Below, in pieces: positions 57,494-64,000 of a DNA stretch of 64,000 nt (position 1 is its first letter; each line of letters begins with the position of its first letter). Where the stretch lies: positions 12,404 through 76,403 of the forward strand of contig JBLMZC010000021.1 in NCBI GenBank assembly GCA_050258615.1. Reading direction: 5' to 3'. This DNA is from Deltaproteobacteria bacterium (lineage in GTDB: Bacteria; Bacteroidota; Bacteroidia; Chitinophagales; Saprospiraceae). The position numbers and the translations under genes were made by a program. The notes beneath the pieces are model-generated. The model was not told the origin of the DNA. It ran no database searches and worked only from the letters and a program-made list of their open reading frames with translations.

Positions 57494-57528
57494 AACCCTT
57501 ATAGGTTTTTCAGAAACCTATAAGGGTT
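57494..57528. repeat. REP-like perfect hairpin (AACCCTTATAGGTTT-ttcag-AAACCTATAAGGGTT)
   Basis: 15-bp perfect stem. The arm sequence is shared with 13320-13355. Confidence 0.8.
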
Positions 57529-57530
57529 GA

Positions 57531-57562
57531 AAAAATAGCTGCCCTTCCGGACAGCTATTTAT
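57531..57562. terminator. Bidirectional terminator between convergent mltG and the SPOR protein gene
   Basis: AAAAAATAGCTG-cccttccgga-CAGCTATTT, with an A-run before the stem and T-rich sequence after it. Confidence 0.55.
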
Positions 57563-57613
57563 CATGTATTATTTTTAGAAAAATATAAAAATCTATATGC
57601 TAATTTTCAGTTT

Positions 57614-59590
57614 TCAATCATTTTTAATCGTTGTCAATACTCCATCCTGATCCATCACTATTTCCGCTGAGGCAAATCCACGGTTTTTAACCTTGAGCAA
57701 TGATTCCGATGCATCATCAAATCCGGTATATCCACTGAGTATAAATATAGTCCATTTACCTTTTGACCATTGTTCTATCACTCCAAGGTCTTTCACCTTA
57801 TTCATATCGAAATACAATGGATTGGTATATGCAGCCAGCTTTATTTTGTAATTGCCAACATTTGCAGGTTTTTCGTATTTCTGTGTGTTAGTGAAATTGT
57901 ATGATGATTCCAGCAACTCCATCTCCCTGGTATTGAGAAAATCCTCTACTACGAAAGCATCCCTGAAACCCTGCTGCCTTACTGAAGCAAGTACAGAAGT
58001 CGCCTCACTTTCACTTACAAAATAACCCAGTCGTATTTTATATAAATCTCCTTTCTGAACCTTATATACATTGCCGAATTTAGTCAGATTCTTGAATTGT
58101 GCACTGTTTATCCTCGATTTGGATACAGAAGCAAGCTGAATAAAATAAACATTTGCCGGAGTAAATATCACCTCATCATAAGCTACCATTTTTGCACCTT
58201 CGAGGGCAGCGACGGTTACAAAAGAAGCCTCACTCTCAGCTACTGTCTTCACTTCCTGATTCGCAATCCTCACTCCCTGCTTCTCCTGCAAAGAAGCAAG
58301 ATCTACTGCCTCAGGAACATTATTATATGCCACCTCCTCAGTTTTCTTTTTACTCGAAGGAGAGGCACTGAATAAATCCATACCTCCTTTGGTACCAAGA
58401 CGGCTGCTTGCAAAGTATGCTTTATTGCCATATTCATTTTTTACATAATACAGATCATCGCCCGGACTATTTACTCCTTTCCCAAGATTTACCGGAAATG
58501 ACCATTCATCATTATAAACAGATGCTTTGAAAACATCGTACCCACCGATTCCATTCAAATAATCTGATGAAAAATAAAGGGTAGAACCAGAAAAATACGG
58601 GGTTATCTCATTTCCGGGTGTATTGATATTTTTTCCTGGTGAAACAGGTTCTGTCCATACTCCATTAACTAAGCTTATCATAAAAATATCAAAATTATCG
58701 CTGTTTTTATTTGATGAAAAATAGATCTCACTTTCATTCTGACCAAAACATGCAAATGCCGAAGAATATTCTGCACCATTTACCGGCAAAGGAATTTCAT
58801 TCACAAAATTGCCTGCATTATCAACATCAGCAATATAAATACTCATATCCTTTTCATCTCCGCTTACATGTTTCACACTATTATAAAAACTATTTCTTGT
58901 AAATACCACTTTCTTTCCATCCTTTGAATATCTTACAGGTCCGATTCCTTTATAGCTATTTAATACTCCTGACATAGAAAATGCAATCGAAGCATTGACA
59001 TCAGAACGGTACAGATCAGATAATTCTCTTTGAATCAGACTTTCATTTCTTTCACCTTCATTTTTCCTGAAAGAATTAAAAACGAGTTTGTCATTAAAAA
59101 ATGCAGGTCCGAAATCATCTTCAGTCCCCGAAACCTTTAATTGGCTAATGATAAACCTGTCACCCAAAGAAAGTACATTCTTTGCAAAATCACATGATTT
59201 CATGTATTGATCTGCGAATCCGGGATTAATGCTTTTCAACTTTCCAAACTCCAGTTTAGCCCTGTCATATAAACCAAGTTTCATCAGGAGCTTTCCGTAC
59301 TGGATATTATAATAGCTGCCGTGATCAGGATAAGAAACGATCTTCTCGTACCATCTGGCTGACGAAATAAGGTCATTTGTTCTTTCATATGACTCAGCCA
59401 GTCTTCCCATGGCTAATATATCGTCAGGGTTTACAGAAAGGTATTGCTGATATGAATCTATCGCAAGTTCATAAGCCTTCATCTCAAATTGAATGTCGGC
59501 CTTTTTTGAATTGATTTTTTGTGCAAATGATATATTTACTGTTAATGCCAGTAAAATTATAACAAAGACATTGGATTGTAGTTTTCTCAT
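57614..59590 (-). CDS. TPR / TolB-like beta-propeller / tandem SPOR-domain envelope protein
   Basis: Signal peptide from the Met at 59590 (MRKLQSNVFVIILLALTVNISFAQ). N-terminal TPRs, PD40-like repeats, and two C-terminal SPOR-like domains (YFIQLASVS...YKIRLGYF; YKIKLAAYT...). Confidence 0.6.
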   Translation of the reverse strand: MRKLQSNVFVIILLALTVNISFAQKINSKKADIQFEMKAYELAIDSYQQYLSVNPDDILAMGRLAESYERTNDLISSARWYEKIVSYPDHGSYYNIQYGKLLMKLGLYDRAKLEFGKLKSINPGFADQYMKSCDFAKNVLSLGDRFIISQLKVSGTEDDFGPAFFNDKLVFNSFRKNEGERNESLIQRELSDLYRSDVNASIAFSMSGVLNSYKGIGPVRYSKDGKKVVFTRNSFYNSVKHVSGDEKDMSIYIADVDNAGNFVNEIPLPVNGAEYSSAFACFGQNESEIYFSSNKNSDNFDIFMISLVNGVWTEPVSPGKNINTPGNEITPYFSGSTLYFSSDYLNGIGGYDVFKASVYNDEWSFPVNLGKGVNSPGDDLYYVKNEYGNKAYFASSRLGTKGGMDLFSASPSSKKKTEEVAYNNVPEAVDLASLQEKQGVRIANQEVKTVAESEASFVTVAALEGAKMVAYDEVIFTPANVYFIQLASVSKSRINSAQFKNLTKFGNVYKVQKGDLYKIRLGYFVSESEATSVLASVRQQGFRDAFVVEDFLNTREMELLESSYNFTNTQKYEKPANVGNYKIKLAAYTNPLYFDMNKVKDLGVIEQWSKGKWTIFILSGYTGFDDASESLLKVKNRGFASAEIVMDQDGVLTTIKND

Positions 59591-59697
59591 CTTTGAATTT
59601 TTTAATTTTTTAAACATATTATAGATTGCAAATATATAAAAAATAAATGAAATCACCAAATAATATATATATTTTTTTTATAATTTTAACATTTTGC

Positions 59698-60531
59698 TTA
59701 TAAATTCCTGTTTTTTTGCAACATTTTCTCCATTGCAGCCTGCATTCCTACAATTCTTTCTGATTGAATTTTCATTAAATTTTGCATCTCTGATATTTGA
59801 TTTGTAAGCTCCTGACGCATATTAACTTTTGAGTGAGCAAAGCTCGAAATTCTCATTTTTACCAACCATATCTCATAAACCTCAGGGATATCCCTGACAA
59901 TTTCGGGATATCCCGAATTATCAGAACTGAGCAATATTTTCCCTTCTTCCCTGATATGGTTGTAAACCCTTTTCACCAATATATCATCCCGGAATATGAC
60001 CACATATACATATCCATTTCTTATATTGCTCTGCCACAATGACTTATCTTCAAGTTGTGAGCATATTACAATATCCCCACCCGAAAGTACAGGTTCCATA
60101 CTATCACCTTCTACTTCAAAAGAACGGAAATTTCCATGTCTGAAATAATCAAGGGGCAAAGAGTATAATCTGAGATTCTCTGTATAAACAGGTTCATTGA
60201 TCTGATCTGTATAACCTGCTTTGGCAGTTACGGGAATATGAATGATCTTCTTTTCCTTTTGTTCAGGTGATTCTTCCTGATCTTTTTGCAGTTCATTCTC
60301 ACAAAACTTAGGACCAATTCCTGAGAATAAAAAGACAGGATTAAATCCAAATATTTCCATTGAAACACGAATCAGTTCAATTGTAGCATCCCTTTCTCCC
60401 TTCAGGATTTTAATCCAGCTTTGTGGAGAATAGTCAAGGGCAGCACAAAACTGCCTGTCAGATCTTATATCATTATAAGTCCTTAGTTCTTTATAGCACT
60501 CAATAAATCTCCTGGTAACTTCGTTTGCCAT
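59698..60531 (-). CDS. HTH plus S24 (LexA/CI-like) peptidase-domain repressor with C-terminal coiled-coil tail
   Basis: S24 motifs EVEGDSMEPVLSGGDIVI (Ser nucleophile) and ILVKRV (Lys). N-terminal HTH-like region. Start placed at MANEVT, because the listed ORF begins at an upstream TTG. Confidence 0.65.
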   Translation of the reverse strand: MANEVTRRFIECYKELRTYNDIRSDRQFCAALDYSPQSWIKILKGERDATIELIRVSMEIFGFNPVFLFSGIGPKFCENELQKDQEESPEQKEKKIIHIPVTAKAGYTDQINEPVYTENLRLYSLPLDYFRHGNFRSFEVEGDSMEPVLSGGDIVICSQLEDKSLWQSNIRNGYVYVVIFRDDILVKRVYNHIREEGKILLSSDNSGYPEIVRDIPEVYEIWLVKMRISSFAHSKVNMRQELTNQISEMQNLMKIQSERIVGMQAAMEKMLQKNRNL

Positions 60532-61032
60532 TAAAACTGGTTTTTCGTCTGAAATTAACTCAATTAAGCATTTCAATCGCAAATATAATTATTATTTACA
60601 TATTTAAAAATATTTTAATATTTATTTTTAATTATTTTTTATAAATTGTTTTTCAGTATATTACAATTTATAAATACAATTAACATATATCATATTACAT
60701 TCAGGTAAATACTTAATTAAAATGCGGAATTAAATTACGCGATTTTCCTATTTTGCAAATTATATTTTGGCAATTTGAAAATTTCGAATTTTAATTCATG
60801 TTTATTTGGAGATTTTTTAAACAAGCAAATTATTTATATAAATATTACTTCAATACAAAACTTTATTTACCTTTGACGATCATTTTTATAGAGATTCTGT
60901 TTGTGATCCCTTTCCTGATAATTAAAATGGTTTTCAGGGCTTTTGTTACTACATTGACTTAAGGGGTTATCAGGAATATCAGAAAAATTGTACTTGAGGG
61001 ATTTTTTTTTATTACTTAAATCATTAATTTTT

Positions 61033-62565
61033 ATGAAGGTTGGAATTCCAAAAGAAATATCAAAGCAGGAATTGCGGGTGGGTGCTACTCCAAAAACCGT
61101 TCAGCGTCTTATAAAACAGGGTTTTGAGGTTCTTATAGAAACCAATTCGGGTAATACCTCCAATATATCTGATGAAGACTATAGAGGAGCAGGAGCTGAA
61201 ATTGTAAATAGCAAGGAAGAACTATACTCCAGGTCGGATATCATACTTAAAGTACAGCCTCCGGATCCTGCTGAGGTTGACATGATGCATAAAGGTCAGG
61301 TGACACTGAGCTATTTGTGGCCTGCACAAAATCAGGATCTCATGCAAAAACTCGCAAATAAGGGTGTCAATGCCATTGCAATGGATGCAATACCCCGGAT
61401 TTCGAGGGCTCAGAAGATGGATGTGCTTTCTTCTATGGCAAACATAGCAGGTTACAGGTCTGTTATAGAAGCTGCCAATTATTTCGGCAGATTTCTAAAC
61501 GGTCAGATCACAGCTGCCGGCAAAGTCGATCCCGCAAAAATCCTGGTCATTGGTGCCGGAGTAGCAGGTTTGGCAGCCATAGGAACTGCCAATTCCCTGG
61601 GAGCTATAGTAAGGGCTTTCGATACCAGAAAAGAAGTAGCAGAACAGATTGAAAGCATGGGTGCTAAATTCCTTACGGTTGAGATTGAAGAGGATGGCTC
61701 GACTGATTCGGGTTATTCGAAAGTGATGAGCAAGGAATTCATTGAAGCTGAAATGGCTTTATTTCTCGAACAGGCAAAAGATGTAGATATCATTATCACC
61801 ACTGCTCAGATTCCTGGAAGAGAAGCACCAAAACTTATTCTTGATTATCATGTTGCAGCTATGAAGCCAGGATCTGTAATTGTTGATCTTGCAGCTTCCA
61901 CAGGAGGAAACTGTGTGCTGACGAAAAACAATGAAGTATTTACTACTGAAAATGGAGTGATCATAGTCGGAAAACTGGATCAGTTGCCAAATCAAGCCAG
62001 CCAGCTTTATGGCAACAATTTATGCCATCTCCTTGATGATATGGGCAAAGCAGAGAAGTTCAATATCAATATGGATGATGATGTTGTAAGTCGTGCGATG
62101 GTCACATTCGATGGCAAGATCAACTGGCCGCCTAAACCCCTGCCGGTAAGCCCTCAAAAACCTAAGACTGAGAATAAAGTGCAGAAATCTGAAGAAGATC
62201 AGGCTGAAAAACTTAAAAAGAAAGCAATGAGCACAGTCATTTCACTGGTTGTGATTGGCATATTTATGTTTTTGCTTGGCAAGGTTGCCCCACCTGAATT
62301 TATGGGACATTTTTCAGTTTTTGTTCTTGCAGTTTTTGTTGGCTGGCAGGTAATATGGAATGTGACGCATGCACTTCATACACCATTGATGTCAGTGACC
62401 AATGCTATAAGCGGAATCATTATAATCGGTGGATTATTGCAGGTTAAGGACAGTCTTTCAGATCCTATGACGATTATTGCCTTTATAGCAATTTTGGTAG
62501 CAAGTATAAATATTGTAGGTGGATTTTTTGTTACTCACAGAATGTTAAAAATGTTTAGAAAATAA
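61033..62565 (+). CDS. pntA: NAD(P) transhydrogenase subunit alpha (fused dI and dII-alpha)
   Basis: [17 protein letters not shown] start, the NAD-binding [11 protein letters not shown] motif, and C-terminal TM helices. The listed ORF starts at an upstream TTG (60988). Confidence 0.9.
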   Translation: MKVGIPKEISKQELRVGATPKTVQRLIKQGFEVLIETNSGNTSNISDEDYRGAGAEIVNSKEELYSRSDIILKVQPPDPAEVDMMHKGQVTLSYLWPAQNQDLMQKLANKGVNAIAMDAIPRISRAQKMDVLSSMANIAGYRSVIEAANYFGRFLNGQITAAGKVDPAKILVIGAGVAGLAAIGTANSLGAIVRAFDTRKEVAEQIESMGAKFLTVEIEEDGSTDSGYSKVMSKEFIEAEMALFLEQAKDVDIIITTAQIPGREAPKLILDYHVAAMKPGSVIVDLAASTGGNCVLTKNNEVFTTENGVIIVGKLDQLPNQASQLYGNNLCHLLDDMGKAEKFNINMDDDVVSRAMVTFDGKINWPPKPLPVSPQKPKTENKVQKSEEDQAEKLKKKAMSTVISLVVIGIFMFLLGKVAPPEFMGHFSVFVLAVFVGWQVIWNVTHALHTPLMSVTNAISGIIIIGGLLQVKDSLSDPMTIIAFIAILVASINIVGGFFVTHRMLKMFRK

Positions 62566-62569
62566 GATT

Positions 62570-63964
62570 ATGATAACACATCAATTACAAACAGCAGCAT
62601 ATTTATTTGCAGGTATTCTATTTATTCTGAGCCTTGGTGGACTTTCATCACAGGAATCTGCAAAAAGAGGTGTCTTCTATGGTATTTTCGGTATGATCAT
62701 AGCCATTTTATCGACTGTTTTGGGTGCTGAAGTAGAAGGACATATTTATATATTGGTAGCAATTGCCATCGCCTCGGTAATAGGGATTTCAGTTGCAAGA
62801 AAAGTAGAGATGACATCCATGCCCCAGCTTGTGGCAATCCTGCATAGTTTTGTCGGATTGGCAGCAGTTTTGGTAGGCTTTGGTTCATATCTTGACCCTC
62901 ATGCGGCAGAGCTGGTGGGAGCAGAACGATCAATTCATCTCGTTGAAGTATATTTAGGAGTTTTTATTGGAGCTATTACCTTTACTGGATCGATAATAGC
63001 ATGGGGTAAACTGGAAGGAAAGATAAGAAGTAAACCATTGCTTTATCCAGGAAGACACACAGTGAACATTGTCCTTGTTTTGATTACAATAGTTCTTGGA
63101 GTATTGTTTGCTATGGCTCCGGGAATTGATGGGATGTTGTATCTGGCAATAATGACCGGAATTGCACTTTTTATAGGTGTAATGTTAGTTATGGCTATTG
63201 GTGGTGCAGATATGCCAGTAGTAGTTTCTATGCTAAACTCGTATTCAGGGTGGGCTGCAGCAGCTGCAGGTTTTATGCTGGGCAATGACCTTCTGATCAT
63301 CACAGGAGCGCTGGTAGGTAGTTCAGGAGCCATACTTTCAATCATCATGTGTGAAGCTATGAACAGATCATTCCTTTCTGTGATATTTGGTGGATTTGGT
63401 GATGCACCGGTTGCAACTAGTGCTGTGATAGAAGGTGAAGTGACGGCAGCAACTCATGAAGAGGTAGCTGAAATGCTCAAAGAAGCTAAAAAAATACTTA
63501 TTGTCCCAGGTTATGGAATGGCCGTAGCTAAAGCTCAGTACCCTGTGCATGATATGGTTGATTTTCTTAAGTCAAAAGGTAAAGACGTTACTTTTGGTAT
63601 TCACCCTGTTGCAGGTAGGTTACCTGGACACATGAATGTACTTTTAGCAGAAGCTAATGTGCCTTATGATATTGTGCTCGAAATGGAAGAAGTAAATGAA
63701 GAAATGGATCATACCGATCTGGTAATGGTAATTGGTGCTAATGATATTGTAAATCCTGGTGCTCTTGATGATCCTTCAAGCCCAATATATGGTATGCCGG
63801 TAATAGAAGTCTGGAGAGCAGCAAAGGTTATTATAATGAAACGTTCAATGGCTGCAGGATATGCAGGAGTAGAAAATCCATTGTTCTACAAAGAAAATGC
63901 TGATATGCTTTATGGTGATGCTAAAGCTACTCTTGACAAACTTAATACTGAACTGAAGAAATAA
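62570..63964 (+). CDS. pntB: NAD(P) transhydrogenase subunit beta
   Basis: Polytopic N-terminal half. The C-terminal dIII domain carries [28 protein letters not shown] and GANDIVNP. Confidence 0.9.
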   Translation: MITHQLQTAAYLFAGILFILSLGGLSSQESAKRGVFYGIFGMIIAILSTVLGAEVEGHIYILVAIAIASVIGISVARKVEMTSMPQLVAILHSFVGLAAVLVGFGSYLDPHAAELVGAERSIHLVEVYLGVFIGAITFTGSIIAWGKLEGKIRSKPLLYPGRHTVNIVLVLITIVLGVLFAMAPGIDGMLYLAIMTGIALFIGVMLVMAIGGADMPVVVSMLNSYSGWAAAAAGFMLGNDLLIITGALVGSSGAILSIIMCEAMNRSFLSVIFGGFGDAPVATSAVIEGEVTAATHEEVAEMLKEAKKILIVPGYGMAVAKAQYPVHDMVDFLKSKGKDVTFGIHPVAGRLPGHMNVLLAEANVPYDIVLEMEEVNEEMDHTDLVMVIGANDIVNPGALDDPSSPIYGMPVIEVWRAAKVIIMKRSMAAGYAGVENPLFYKENADMLYGDAKATLDKLNTELKK

Positions 63965-64000
63965 TTTTGACATAAAAAAGGAAATCTTATAAGATATTAA

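Noticed and set aside
59698-60582. S24 repressor as a marker of a prophage or integrative element
   Set aside because: No integrase, excisionase, phage structural or conjugation genes are present anywhere in the window, and the flanking genes are housekeeping.
60988-61032. TTG-initiated 15-codon extension of pntA
   Set aside because: PntA homologs begin MK(V/I)G(I/V)PKE. The ATG at 61033 gives exactly that N-terminus.

Overview
AT-rich chromosomal segment that looks like an anaerobic Bacteroidota genome: it has T9SS C-terminal sorting domains, TAnnTTTG-type promoter motifs and a glycyl-radical enzyme. It starts in the 3' end of dnaA. I support about 45 protein genes. Housekeeping genes include parC, a membrane pyrophosphatase, pntAB, mltG, ftsE, and a murein-peptide recycling pair (LD-carboxypeptidase plus dipeptide epimerase). 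There is a glycan-degradation set: two GH20 hexosaminidases, GH125, a BNR/VPS10 protein and an unknown 787-aa partner. Other genes include two T9SS adhesin-like cargo proteins, a TPR histidine kinase with a LytTR regulator, and a glycyl-radical enzyme with its activase. I saw no rRNA, tRNA, CRISPR, transposase or integrase. Four things stand out. (1) Eleven intergenic gaps are filled by modular mosaic repeat elements. These are ordered blocks of short degenerate tandem words with conserved junctions and non-repetitive cores, and they fall into at least four families. In several co-directional gene pairs the element runs from just after the upstream stop codon to a conserved CCATTAACAATTA box 3-5 nt before the downstream ATG. 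I cannot assign them to a known repeat class. (2) There is a tripartite HipB-HipS-HipT-like toxin-antitoxin cassette with three AAAATCACA-N6-TGTGAT operators. (3) A lipoprotein-aspzincin (M35-like) metalloprotease reading frame is interrupted by exactly two in-frame TGA codons and is followed by an overlapping small lipoprotein gene. (4) A REP-like family of perfect hairpins occurs at two loci. All homology calls are by-eye motif recognition. No searches or computed alignments were run.
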